Part shown: one piece after another, positions 25,262 to 38,958 of the stretch
Position numbering within the stretch: position 1 is the first letter of the stretch
Layout: the number at the start of each line of letters is the position of its first letter
Origin: Phoronis australis
Lineage: Eukaryota > Animalia > Phoronida
Direction: 5' to 3'
NCBI GenBank assembly: GCA_002633005.1
Contig: NMRA01000664.1
Coordinates: forward strand, 73,636-137,635
Length of the DNA stretch: 64,000 nt
Notes under the pieces: model-generated
Told to the model about the DNA's origin: nothing
Database searches by the model: none
What the model saw: only the letters and a program-made list of their open reading frames with translations
Translations under genes and position numbers: made by a program

Positions 25262-26921
25262 TCCTTCCACACGACTATCGATCTAAGTTTGTTTGCTTTT
25301 CGTATCTAACAAGCCAAGATCTTTTTAAATCTCCTAATTCATATTTTGACATCATGCTAAAATATTCTGCCACTTAGAAAGTCTTTAATTTGCTGAAAAT
25401 CCACCTGGAGGTTTTCCGTAACTGAAGAACCAAATTTCCAATTTCTTGTAATGGGCACCGTTTCAATTGACAGTCACTAAGCCGCTTCTGCAGGCAATTT
25501 TTGTTACGTCTTTCATCGCTGTATCTACATTTGCGTTGGCTGTGCTTCCAATCTCTTGGCCATCAGTCTTCACTCTAGGAGATACATTTTGCCTCAATCT
25601 CAAAAGCATTGGTCTTGTGGAAAAGATAAAAAACAATGATTTCTATAAGCCTTTACTTTATTCTACGTTCTAAATTCATCTGGAAATATACCCCAAGGCC
25701 TAACCTCAACAGTACCTGTTTGTGGTAACGTATGATCGCTATGGATTATGTGTTACTACTAGTTCACAACGAAAACGGACATCAGAAATGACAAATGCAA
25801 TATAACACGTGAAATTGACGCACGAACCTATACCGATATACATGTAAACACACACACACCTACATTCACATGCTTTGATGTCTGTTCACTAACGTCCTTT
25901 TTGTAGAAACTGCAGAAATTATCATTTTTTGTATAGTCATGTATTAATGGATCTTCCTAATATTCGTAAAGAGATATGCGATTACTTTGTACCACAAAAG
26001 TACCGTTTACATGGCAAGTTTTATTAATATAGTATAGTTCTCACTTGTGATAGAGATCTTAAACTCTCTCTCTCTCTCTNAAACAAAAGCGTACTATATC
26101 TTGGACGTAACTGCAATACAAAATGCATTGTCGAGGTGTTCCCAAAAGAGAACAAAACGGGTAGATCGGCATACAGTCATTCACTGCCGTTGAAGAGTAT
26201 TAAATAATAACACAAGACCAGCTTTGTAAGCAACTTCAACAGCTATAACAACATCACTATTAAGTTAAAACTGTTTGAGATAAAATGGATGCTCTGTGAG
26301 TCTGCTTGTAAACCCTTGGGACAAGCTCTAAATGTTCATGCAAGTTGTCCAACTTTAAGCCCAACGTCCATATATCTGTCATTAGTAGCACAAAGAATGA
26401 CGATTCGAATAAGGTGGGAAAAAAGAAAATGCGTATCTTATACAACTGTGTAAGCGCGCAGCTGATAATTAATTCCGCCTTGCACCACGTTTTACTGGCC
26501 ACATAGCAATCAGAAAGGGTGCGAGTTAACCTAGAAACAATACGCAATAAGGTGGGTCAAGTTGTCACAAGTGGGGCACAAGTTTAATTAATAGCGTCCA
26601 GGCAGCCTACGAGCCTAGCAAAAACTCATTCCAGGAGTATCTTGTTCTAGGATAACTGTGTGTGGACAGCACTTTACACTTTGGGCAAGCTTGTAAACGG
26701 CAGTGGGAGAGGAAAGTCCACCCTGCACCATGAAATCCACTTTGTGACAAAGTGAGCAAAAATTAATGCTTTTTCTGTTACAAGAGTGTTATAAAACGTC
26801 CAATAGCAGGAGACAGATCTAGATTTGAATGAAAATTCCAAAGCAGGGATTATTATCCTTTCAAATAATCAACAAATTGAACCAAGAAAATCGGTAAGCA
26901 GTGTACAAGATGTCAGCCTAC

Positions 26922-27021
26922 CGTCATCCGGTCCTCTGCCTCATTCAATTGTTCAACGTCCTTCTCAAGTTCCCTCAAATCTTGAAGGATCTCAGCATTA
27001 AAGGCATCTATGTTTTGTTGC
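26922..27021 (-). CDS. SYCP2: SYCP2-like protein, coiled-coil exon (13th found)
   Basis: tctgtag| ... |gtaggc, phase 2-0. RQQNIDAFNAEILQDLRELEKDVEQLNEAEDRMT has a heptad pattern resembling vertebrate SYCP2 (recalled: RIKKLDKFQFIIIEELENFEKDSQSLKDLEKEFV). Confidence 0.78.
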
Positions 27022-30000
27022 CTACAGAAACATTGGAGAAAATGCGATATCAAGTCCATTCGTGGAATAAAAAGTGCAATATGGCGAAGTTTCCTTATAT
27101 TTCAAAAATGGATCACGCTCATAATGAAAAAACAGTTAGCATTCTACATCAGGCCTCGTATGTTTTCCCATGTGTTCCAAAATGAAGAAACAGGTGCGTG
27201 TTTTACAGAAATTTTTTGGGTACATACACTCCCATTGACTGGCAGGATGTCCATGTACGTAAAAGACCACAGTGCGAATGACCTCCCATAACAGACCAAC
27301 ACCACTAGCCAAGTTACTCACAGGGTTAGTGCATTTTAGAACCAGTTTGATACATGTTGTTCAGTGGAGAAAACTGCTAATCAAAATGCGAGACCCTGTA
27401 AGTGCAGCATAACTGTTATCTGAATAACTGGCCAACAGACACAAAGAATCGACTCCACAGCTGATTGACAAGACTTTGTCTCTGTGAAGGGTGATGTCAA
27501 AAACACTTAGTCTAACAGTGTTGGTTGAATTTGTTTACGACAGAATTGTCATCAGCATCAAAATTCTGCAACAGTTTTACTTTAAAGGAAGAAAATTCAC
27601 CCACATTCAAAGTGGCAATAAACCCAGGCCTTCCCTGAGGGGCAATAAAACACACAGCCAGGATGTTGGTATTTATTTCTTCCACCTTTTTCCTCAGTTT
27701 TCTCCACCTGGTCATTCTGGGCTGGACTACTCAAAGCTCATAAGGGGTAATAAAACAATTATGTTCTCAGCCAGGACAATAAACCCTTTGTTAAGCGGCG
27801 TTTGATTACATTCCAAGTGGGGCACTTGTATGACAAAGAGCAGGGCTCACAAAGGGCTTTCACAGACTTTGCCTGTCAAGTTCAAAAGGCCTACAGAGCG
27901 TGGTGGGCACCAATGATTACAACCATCAGCAAAATTCTAAGCCACTATGGGGACTACATACTGAGTTGACCCCTCCAAGCCCAAAATGTTAAGCCACTGA
28001 CTGATTGGTCTCATCCAATTGTTCACTCAGACATGACAAGGCTCGAGATGAGAACAGAAAGGTATTTGTTTCAGACAAGGCCCATTAATTTGTTTGTCAC
28101 AGCGGTTTTAGTCACCAAGACAGTGTAGATGTGAGGGGAATTCCACTAGACTTTATTGCTGCCAGTTTCAATTGAAACAAAGGACAAGCCATGATACTTT
28201 GGAAGAACAAATACGACCTGTGCAAGTAGAGATGATGTTGCTTTGTTAGAACAAATCGTGAAGAAAGTTGTTTATAGTCACTGTGACTAATGAATACTTT
28301 TGATTGCATAAAATGTTAATTGGTGTCATCCTCAGCCGTGGGAAGCTTAATGAGTACGTCTTGTGCACATCATTACAATGAAGGAGAAGAAACGAAAGAC
28401 TTGTAAAGCAATTCCAGTCACTCATTAAATACTGTATTACAGAAACTAAAAGTATCTTAAGGGGATTTGTGGTTATAATACCCGCCAGACTGCTGATGTT
28501 CACCAGCCTTGGTAAAGATATTGGTACTGTAAATGAAGTATGGTAATGATTTTGTTGATAAAACATTTTTCAAGGGTTTCCCCCATCTACTGCAGGACAT
28601 AGGAACCACCCTGTGCTTCAACGATTCCAATCGTAATCCTCTCTTCACTCCAATCCCCATAATTAATAGATAGTCTCATAAATAAATGACATATCAAATC
28701 TCAGTTCAGTTTTGTATTGATTGTGTTGTGTATGTTTTCTCCTTCGTTTTACACGCCAAATTTGATTTTTTAGATCATCGAGAAAATGTTTAGATTATGC
28801 TCTTACCTGCAGCGTTAAATACTCACAAATTTCAGATCGCAAAATTGAGTTCGTTCATGCAGGTACGGCGTTACTCATTTTTTCACCACCGCCATTGAAA
28901 GGCTCTAGATCACATGGCCAGTTACCGATGTGAAAGTTGAATCAGTGCTCTCGAACTGACATGTGCATTCCAGTAGCTAAGTTTGTAATGTGAAAGGAGA
29001 AAATACCTGTTGAAAAAGTACCCGCGATTTTGCTAGGTCTGACCTGCTATGCCGCTGTCATCAAAGTTGTTAAAGATCCAAACTAACTCGAAATGAGAAC
29101 TATACCTCCATTTTTTGTTCACAGTCCAAATTTTGCAATTTAACTCAACGTTTGAAAAACATCCTGTCGAAAAAAATTCCGTGAAACGATGCCCTAACCG
29201 AAAGACGTACGTATTTGGATGCGTGGGAACAATTCAGAGCAAATTTCACAACAAAAATGCGGGACTTATGCTGTTAACATAGTACTCAGCAATTATTTTT
29301 CCATGAAATGAATAGCCTCGAAATAACTCCCGACTGTGCAGGTTTCCATCGGGCTTGAGTTTGCTCCTCAATACCTTCTACGTACAGGAAAAATATGTTA
29401 GTCACAAAACGACACGCATGTTACTAGTGTTAACTTTCTTTCGGAGGTATAAAACAAAGCCGGGGGTTTGGTTTTCACATAAAATTATTGAGAAAAAAAC
29501 GGGTTTTTTTGAAAACTGAGTTTCTATGTTTTGTAAAACGAGAATGACTCACTGGACTGCGTGTCAATTTCAAACCAGGTGCGGTCGTTTGTAGTGCTCT
29601 ATGCTGGGCGCTAGCCTGACTGTGAGTGCTTAATTGGAAATTTTCAAAAGTTAAGGGGGAATGCTTAGTACAGCAGAGAGCGCTTATTATGAAACATTTC
29701 AAAGGTAGAAAGTAGGATTATGTGTAAGCATAGTCGTTAACCTGAATGTGTTTGGTAATAAGGTATTGAAAGACTGCAATGGTAAGAAATATTATTAGGA
29801 TTATCATACAATTTTGCGAGGCAAACTCAATCTAGCGATTTTCTGGGTATCGTTACCACCTAGACTGTACCTTTTTTACCCACCGGAATAATTTTGTTTT
29901 TAATTGCCCGTTTCAGCCGGAACAAGATTGTTTCTGTTGGAGTCTGAACATTTTACGGCAACGGTGGTTCGGGGAGCGAAAAATCGGCAGGGGGAGGGGG

Positions 30001-31004
30001 GGTGTGTGGAGAGAATAAAAATTTCGCTAAAGACGATTTCGCATCTAACCGTTCTAGTTGCAGTAGCTGGCTGCAGGCATAGAACATCGGGTTTAGGGAA
30101 CATCGACCCTAGGAAACGTCGGAACAGGAAAAAAGTTTTTGGTTACGTCAGTGCAGGGGAATTTCGTAAAGCATCGAGTCTTTTATAACCGCCGGGAATC
30201 TATTAAGTTCGTTTTCAAATAAACCACTGGCACACGGGTGCTTAACAGAGCCAAGCTGGTATACTCTTTCATTTAGGACTCGCTGTTCTCTTTTGATGTG
30301 CAGCGCACATGCGTGAGTTCACGCTCTTGAATCGCTGGAGTAGGCCTACGCTTTACGTTGGTTTACAACGTGTGAAAGACGAATCATATTTCGCGCACGT
30401 AGTCCCAGAAACAAGTCAAAGGGTTTGAGAATTTCTTGGCAACTCAAAAACTACTTTGTTGAAAGTAAAGACGTGGCCGTCGGTTGGCGATTAATAGGGT
30501 TGTCATTTTCACTGACCAGTGTCATAGTGCAATGCCAGGGACATGATCGTGGATATTGTAGTAAGGACATCTTACGCGAAAAGAAACATGTTTTTCCACC
30601 ACAAAGTTTAAAATTGGTAAGTTGATCGCCTAAGAATTAGTAGAAACACTGCTGTTTTGTGACGATTTCTCACGTGTTATGCTATGGCCCGAAACTTTCT
30701 TCGACGAAATTTGCAAAAGTACCCGAAAACGTTAGCCAATGAAATGCGCCCATGTTCACGCGACTTGCTTACAAGTTATAGGGAGGGCTGGTTAGTGTTC
30801 TTTTGAATTTGATTTCACAACAACCAAATAACGGTCGGATTCATAACAGTTGCTTTATATTTGCTAGGTATCTGCCGAGAAGTGTCAAAACTAAACTCGC
30901 ATACACTGGAAATTCCAGATCGCATTTGCGACTTGAAACGAGCTGAAAAATCTCAGCTCATATTTGTAAATTTCAGGTCACAAATGCGAGCTGCAGCTCG
31001 TTAT

Positions 31005-31101
31005 CAGGGCTTGGAATGACCAATGACAAAAAAAGCGGAAACTTTTACGGCCCAAGTCATGTCCGATAACCAGCCTTGAAATGGTCAATGTGAACCTTTC
31101 C
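31005..31101 (+). mobile_element. 5' end of a CAGGGCTTGGAAT element, truncated at an N
   Basis: Near-identical to the first ~100 nt of 46126-46623. Confidence 0.8.
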
Positions 31102-32294
31102 NAAATATATATCAATGAACTCTGAAATTGCAAATACACATTAAAAGATTACTGGATGAATGAAAATTTGACTTAACATGTTCATAAAAATGGAAATACC
31201 CTTTTATAAACCAAAGTGATTCCAGGCAATCACCACCCATCTTCTCACCCCTTTCCATGACTGAAGGAGGAACACTGTTGACCAACTCCGACACCCTTAT
31301 TTCAATCTGCCTTTCTTAGAATACCAGTTACTGGTGTCTCAAAAGAAGAGCCACTGTGCGATCCAACTACTTGAAAAATGTAACTGACACACTTAACATA
31401 ATTATTTTAATTATCATAATTAGACAGTTCTTCGCTAGTTTCATAAAAAATCTTGACAGAAAAGTAGGAATTTGACAAAAAAGTAGGGAAAATTGAGGAC
31501 CATGGTGGGCACTGGAAGGCACGAATGAATCATTCAATCAATTAATTAGCGTGAATCACCATTTCCTGTCTGTGGCCTTTAAATAGCTGAAACCCAAATC
31601 CAGATTTAATCATTACTTCCAACAGTCATGATTAGCAGTTACAATGCCGAACCTATCAGCTCATTCCCATTAATATCAACAGTGTTTAGGGAAGCGTCGG
31701 TTAGCGGAAAAAGTCCCCTCTTGGACCAAAATTGCAAGCTGACTTTCGCAACTAACAGGTGGATTTAACACATTGATCAAACTGATGAAATCACTGTTAT
31801 CAACAGAACAGCACCTGTTGCGTTAACAATCTGTTACGCTTAAAAATCATTCTACTACCCGAGACCCTACATAACAATTTCATTTCAGTTGTTATCCTAA
31901 GCATGAACTAGATTGTTTTTTAACAGTAACACAGATTACTTAAAACCTCTACCATATACAATCGCAGCGCTACCTTATGGTGGTAATTTAATTGGCAATA
32001 ACTTTGATGTTGGTAAACGATGCTGTCTCATTAAAACCGTGATTATTTGAACTTGTAGCAAACACCATCTTGTGACTTCCTGCAGAACTGCGTGTACAAG
32101 AAAGTATAAGAAAAGTAATTTGTAAATAAAATGCGGTTTTAAGGAAAACACCAAAACTGATACACTTAAAAAACAAGTGTAAACAATAGAAAACCTAGTA
32201 ATATTACACAATCATTATTTGATAGTGAAATAATCAAATAAGAACTTTGCCATGTTTCATTAGGGTAATGACATATTACCATACTCATTTACAT

Positions 32295-33160
32295 AACAAG
32301 AGCAATACAGAGCGTTGAAATGCGCCCATGAGTGCACCGCAAACGGTGTGCTTCTAGGGTTGTTTATTCGTTTCATAAAAATAGACACTAGATGGCTCAA
32401 AAACATCCAATCCATCTGAAAATGGAAAAATGCCATTGCTTCTTTAATAGAAAGCTATTTACCAAATTTCATAAAAATCTGTTGAGGAACTTCAGAGAAA
32501 CAAAGGAAAACGGAAAAAATGAATAAAATTGCAACTATGAGGCACATCGTTCATTGGATCAGCCTGAAAGACGGAATCTGTTGTTAGCTTCAAAAATACA
32601 ATAAATTTAATAAAGATCCTGCAGTGTGTTAAAGAGACGCAGCTATGGCACAAAACAAAACAAAGCTACCACTAGGAGGTGCCACAAGTCGAATTCGTTA
32701 GAGTCAACAGCCCTCTTGACTCTGAGAACAATACATGCCAATTTTCAAAATCATCCTTAGAATGTTTTGGTTGATCGAGGGGTGGATGCCAAAAAACAGA
32801 CTCGAAAACAGCAAAAATGGCCACTAAGTGGCACAAACTTCGTCGCATCCATCCCAAAACGGGAGGAAAGCGTCATCTCACTAATAGATGCCTGTATGCC
32901 AAATTTTACAAAAATACGTTGGGGACCTTTGAAGATATAGAGGTAAGCGTAAAAAACTAAAATTACCACTAGGGGACACACCGGCAGTTGCATCCGTCCG
33001 AAAGTTCACTCATGCCGTCCCACCCATGAAAGGAACACGTGCCAAAATTTCATGAAGTACGTCAAAGGCTTTTGGAGATAGAGCAGCGGATGCCGGACAG
33101 ACATCGGACAGACGGAGATGACGGCATAATACGTTCACATATAAATGTGTGGGCGCAAAA
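32295..33160 (+). mobile_element. Helentron/HINE-like element, complete short copy
   Basis: Begins aacaagagcaa...gagcgttgaaatgcgcccatg. Internal ~143-bp monomers, a (GGAC/AGAC)n tract, terminal hairpin ...cacatataaatgtgtgggcgc and an A run. Confidence 0.7.
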
Positions 33161-33562
33161 GTCTCACAAGACTTTTGCGTGGTTGTAATAGTAACTGGTT
33201 CTCAGATGGTTTACAGCACACCGGAAGACCCAGTGTTGTTTGTAAACTTAGTTCTTCTTTTGTACATTCACAATCTAATGAGACTTAGCATCTTAAACAG
33301 AAGGTAATGAGAAAACTCAAATTAACTTTGCTGTGTGTGCCGAGTCACCTCGTCATAGATTTAACTCAGCGACAAAAAGTCACAACTCACCTTGTAACAT
33401 CGCAAAATGAAATCTCATGTCAATTAACAAAATCTAAATAATGACCAATGGGTTTTGGGAATTTCTAGCATTGATTTTTTTTCATTTTTGTTGCCAACTA
33501 CTGACCTAGCCGTTTACCTACTGCCAATCTCAGGAGGCGTCAACATGTCACATTTCACTCAC

Positions 33563-33654
33563 CTGTTTTCCTGTGTTGCCCAAACGTGGGAAATTTGTCT
33601 TGATGTGTTTTTCATAAATGTCACAGTCAACATTTCCAGGTTTTGTTTCTGCTC
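33563..33654 (-). CDS. SYCP2: SYCP2-like protein, coiled-coil exon (12th)
   Basis: tttttag| ... |gtgagt, phase 0-2. EQKQNLEMLTVTFMKNTSRQISHVWATQEN aligns by eye with the SYCP3/SYCP2 Cor1-type motif (recalled SYCP3: [31 protein letters not shown]). Confidence 0.8.
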
Positions 33655-33798
33655 CTAAAAATAGGTTTACACGTTCTGAATGAATAAGATTACAGGTGCA
33701 AAACAACAAAACATATGATGAATTACTTAATTCATATATTTAAAGTGCAAAACAACAAAACACATGATGAATTACTAAATTCATATGATTGGCATTTC

Positions 33799-33850
33799 CA
33801 GGGCGTCAAGTAACATAAGGCCTTGAAAAAATAGGAAACTTGACGCCCTG
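33799..33850. mobile_element. 52-bp mini-MITE with 13-bp TIR and 6-bp target duplication
   Basis: catttc|CAGGGCGTCAAGT ... ACTTGACGCCCTG|catttc. Confidence 0.85.
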
Positions 33851-34423
33851 CATTTCCGAAAGATGCAGCTAATACATAAAATTCATTTGATTAATAAGTT
33901 GTTCCAAACATGGATTACAAGCAGAATTGAGGAGGTGCATTTTACTTCCAATAATGGATTTAACACAGTGACTAAGGAAGTGAACTTAAGCTAAGTACTG
34001 CCGACCTGTGACCACTTCACTAGATCTTAATTGAAATACAATATTTGAAGAAACAGTCACTTAATTACATCACTGGAAAATTAATCATGACCGGATACAT
34101 TGTCAAAGTCTGAAACGGGCAATGCTGCAGTTATCTACAGTAACAGAATGTGCCCACATGAAATGTTGAAGCTCCAAGACATGCAAGAGTGCATTTGAGG
34201 CACATAAATTACAACTGCTGTAATCCCAACTATTTCACAACATTGTGTAGTACATTAGAAAACTTTCACAACATTGTGTAGTACATTAGAAAAATTTCAC
34301 ATTTGGCCAACTTGGGAACATCTTATCTGAGAAATGATTGATACCTTGTACTGTGCGATATTTTCCAAGACGCGGTGATAAATTGCTTTTAAATTGTTCC
34401 ATTTTTGCACAAGGGACTATTAA

Positions 34424-37400
34424 AGTCCTGGTCTCAAACTGCCCATGTGGTTCCAGTATCCGAAAATACTTACTACATAAAATCTTATTTTCGACACCCT
34501 TTCTTTATATTCTTTTTGCCTTTCTTGCTAAAAGCGATTTTTTAACAGTATTTGTCCCTTCTCTGTGAGCGTATAATTACCGGCTGTCATCGACTATTTC
34601 CATACCCACATTTCCGGCTCATCAGTTCAGGAACTTTTCCTGAACACCGCCATTTTGTCCTTGTAACTGAATGTGCTATCGCTTGCTCAAAAAGTCATCA
34701 TTATTTTGTTTTATTAGTAATATCTCGTGATTCGTTTGTGTGTGTAGTGTATTTATAGTTTGTAGTTAGTGATCGTTGAATTTTTTTGGAATGTTACACG
34801 TACTTAGTATGTTAAAATAGCATTGGTGTTTAGTTCCTTACGTAGGGCGGTCGAACATGGGAACCAATGAGTCGAACCAAATTTTTCCATTTTGATTTTT
34901 TTCTTGTTTTGAAAAAAGTGCTTTGCCATCATCGGAATTGTAGTGCATCCTACTCAGTAAAAATCGAAAAAGTATCAAAATCAGGACAAGCACTGTTAAG
35001 TTACTGCAATTTTTGTGGTGAAATTTGGGTCACTTTGTTTGGATCGTGTCGGCCATATTGGAGGACAGCGGTATAAGTTACGAGTTTAAAACTTTGTGTA
35101 AATTGTTTTCACCAACGGTGAAATTTAGTGAGAAATATCTTTACTTACTATTCTGCACGATTCAACAGTGTTCACCAAATTTCAGCCTCGCAGTTGTTAC
35201 TCATTAAGTGTTAAATGTGCTCACAATTCCCGTTGGACTTCGTCTCATTTCTGGCGGCACCGACAACATGGCGACTTTGCTGAACTGGAAGGCATGTTCA
35301 ACCTAATACTTTGTAATTGACCTATCGCCAGGATTATGACGGACGGCTTAACTGACCAATCAGAACGCAGCATTCTTGGCACACCTTCGTCTGCGTTTCC
35401 AAGCAGCCATTTTACCCGACAAACCACACTTAGTCGAGTAAAACTTACTTTAGTCTATAGCTCAAGAAATTGTCCGCTAAGAATGGGGAAACGGTGTTGA
35501 TATGGCGTGTGTAGCGCCGACAGCCATTATGCTGCTCCAGAATAATATCTCGTCATTTTTTGGCATGCCCTAAGCCGAAAAATGATGTTGAAAAGCGTAA
35601 ACTATGGATCAAACTGTATAGCCACACGAGCAGCTGAACTTGATAACTCGAAGGCTATAATAAACACAAAGATATTAGTTCCAAGATACGCACTTTTCAG
35701 CTTGGTGGCTATGGTGCAGGGCTATCTCAGATTTTGACTCCCGAGTTTCCTATGTCTGACCGCCTTTGTCTCGGCACCTGCTGGATCTCAGCCCTCTAGC
35801 AGTAGTCCCCGGAAATTGTTGTTTTCAAGGACGTTTTCATTTTGTGTTATATTTTAAATCAACCTAATGGACATTATTTTGTTTCGTATCAGAGGTACGT
35901 TTTTGTTATTCATAAACCGTAGGCTGGCGTTCAACTGAACTTCTCTCCCGGTCAAAATTCAGAGATTCGATCGGCACAGGGAAGGGCACTGGATTACTGC
36001 CGGAACTCAAAGCCTTGGTCGAGCTGTTGTCACTAAAAATAAACTGTTGAATTACTTTTTGACGTGTACCTCTAGTATACACTATGTCTGTAGAGTTAGA
36101 GAGAGCTCATTTTGAAGTTGTTCAAACATGATATTTAGATTTATGAAGCTTTAAAAAAGAATTTGAGTTATTTTTGTAAATACCCTATTTTTGCAACTAC
36201 CACACCAGACTTGTAATCTTTTGTAACCATACCACGACTTAGTGATCATGCTACCTTCAAAATTAAATGAAAGCTACCTTTATGGAATGAAACTACCAAA
36301 AAATGCCAAGTTCATAAGAAGGTAGGCCTAATTTAAATGTCTTAATGGTGCAAACGGACAATTCCATAGGCTGCCGCAAGCAAAATGAAACAGCAAGAGC
36401 GTGAAGCGTGAGGAAATATTGAGTTCAGTAACTAGGACCGGTAGCGGAAGAGGGGGGCTCAGACCCCAGATCGCGGCGGAATCGTGTTCCTGTTTTTTTA
36501 GTCCACCGATAGATTTTCTGAACAGAAGGTCCAACGGTCTACATCCCTGGCCCCTGCAACTTTCGGGCCGCCTGTGCACATACAATCGCACTTTGCCCAA
36601 TTCCACGAGGCAACATATGTTGGGCCCCCCTGTGGTATCCTAGATCCGCCACTGAATTCCAGACATTAATTTGACTTAGACACAGCCCTAGACCTACCGG
36701 AGCTAACTGTTTGCCTAGGACGAGATGAGTGTGTACCTGAGCTATGAACCTGAATTTTTTGATCAAAATATTTCGTTACAAGATTAGAAAAGCGTAAACA
36801 GTGCTATCGAGTCGACCTAGTCAGAGACTATAGTGCATGTGTTGTCTGTAATCTATGACCTACTTTACTCCAGGAGTCCCACCAGTTGTGACCTACTTTT
36901 CATTTGGCGAAATTTAGCAGACGACAGAATAAAAATATCGGTGAATCTTCACTGATTTTATTCGAAAGATCATGAAATCTATGGAATCGTACAGATAATT
37001 CGACTTTAAGGTACATACCCAGCTTTACATGAACATATCGTATCAGTGGCCTTGTCATTTGTCAGGTGAAGGTGGCCCCGAGGCCGAGGGGTTCTTCGGA
37101 TTTTCGCTGGCTCCTCGAGCACTTATTTTTTCATCGTCACCTTTACAAATTCCCATATCATGAAAGTACGATTCTCTGTTGGAAAGCATCGCCTCTTATC
37201 TCCGTCGAAGCGTTTTCAAATAGTGCAAAAACACTCATCGATTCCACCAGGAACGTCATTTAGCGACAGTGTATTTACCTCTGACATCTCGTTCGATTGT
37301 CGGGTATCACGTGACTTTTCGCATGGGGGCGAAGCTTGCGATAGGTCAATTTGTGAAGATTTAACGTTGATACATTTTGACAAACGTTGCTACAAAAAAG

Positions 37401-38958
37401 GAACTTTCTTTAATTTTCGTGTTTTTTGCGCAAAAATACAAGATAATTCGAATTATTTTACTGTGAATTTCCCATTCAGGTGACCTTACACTAAGCTAAA
37501 AAATAGTTGAAATAATTTTGAAACGTTTTTTGTTTGACTATCAACTGCTGTTCAAGGCTTGATAAGGTGTCACAAAATGATTCATATTTTTCTAGATTTT
37601 AAGTCTCAATTGCTTTCAAGTCATGTTTTGTAACTAATTGCTTCTTAATTCAGGTTATCAAGTCAACAATATGCCATAATCTTAGTTGAGAAATAACCTA
37701 TATTGGATTGTGAAGCTTCAAGCCTCCAATTCTTGTTCCTTGCAATTTCATATTTTTTTAATCATGCTTGTCAAATTCTGGTGAAAGGAAACACTATTCC
37801 GTCACCATGACAATAGTTACATGTATGTCCACTTTCCTATCGTGGAAACTTTTGCTGTTGAATAGTGTTTGTAATGCTAAAGGTTGTAAAGTATTGTGCA
37901 CTTTAAGTTACTTATTATGTGAAAAAGGTTGAATCATTATGGCTTAATGAATAAAAAATGATAACATTTTGTATTGAACTTGTCATACTTATGTGCTATA
38001 TTTGGAGCAATGGAAAAAGGTCTGCCTCAGTCAAGAGAAGCACGAACTCCGAAAAAAGTAGAAAACGAGACGATATATTCCACTAGAAGACGGGAAGTAC
38101 CAAAATTTAGCGTCTGCAATTCATAACTTTGAACATACCCAGGGAATCTTATAGTAAAAGATAGACATTCCCAAAAATTCCAGCCCCCCATATTGTTAAG
38201 CTTGGTGCGCTCATACAAAGTCTGGGAAAATCTGTGTTGAAAGCCAACAGCTTTGCACAGTTCGCCAGAAGTACCCAAATTCTAAATAAACCTCGTTTCA
38301 GCGAGTGCTGTGGCCAGCGGCCAGGTAGGCCTAAGGGCAGCCTTGGCCCAAAGCTGTATGGGCCTACTAACAAGCTAGCTGTATTTTGACGGTAGTCTTC
38401 ATACTGGTAGCTGGCACTGAGGCTAGCTAAGGGCTGCCGCGGCAGTGTGACACAAGATTAACCAACCCGTAATTTTATGCAAGTGTCTTTAACTACCTTA
38501 GAATATATACGGCATTTATGACTTGAACATTTTACTTCGACAAAGCAGATTGCAACCGCATGCCTTTACAGTTTGCCTGCGTCTTGTATCGATCTGCACC
38601 GGGTCCAACAGGCTGCGGTCCCGAGGCCGGCAAAATAATTTCTGTCAAAATTTATTCGCCACATTTTTACAAATTCGATAAAATTTCCGTATTTTGATTT
38701 TATTAAAACTAAGACGCACTGTCCATTATTTTATCCCCGTTTGCAGGCTGGTGACAGGCACTCACACTGACGGCGTTTTCTAAGCTCGAGTTCCTGAATG
38801 AATTGTACTTCCGGGTTTGCGGCAAGTTCAAAATGGCGCGTTCATTTAAACTTTTTTCGAGTACGGATCGTGTATTAGTTATGGGGTAGGTACTTCTGGG
38901 ATCCTTGTAACATCCTCTAACCATGTAATAAGGGTTAACAACGTGTGAGACCAGGACT
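34424..38958. mobile_element. Kolobok-type element hosting nested insertions
   Basis: ttaa|AGTCCTGGTCTCA ... TGAGACCAGGACT|taaa (13-bp perfect TIR). Inverted cgccattttg/aaaatggcg subterminal motifs. Decayed KolX-like remnant (GPYSFGP) on - near 38100-38400. Confidence 0.6.
34845..35764. mobile_element. Nested ISL2EU/Harbinger-like non-autonomous element with THAP remnant
   Basis: ~30-bp imperfect TIR ggcggtcgaacatgggaacc... / ...gtttcctatgtctgaccgcc. + strand MGKRC*YGVCSADSHY ... PKPKNDVEKRKLWIKL (35483-35690), a THAP-type N-terminus. Confidence 0.6.

Noticed and set aside
27100-28900. Possible nested minus-strand gene starting ATGGCGGTGG near 28895
   Set aside because: No consistent exon chain or recognisable domain could be built.
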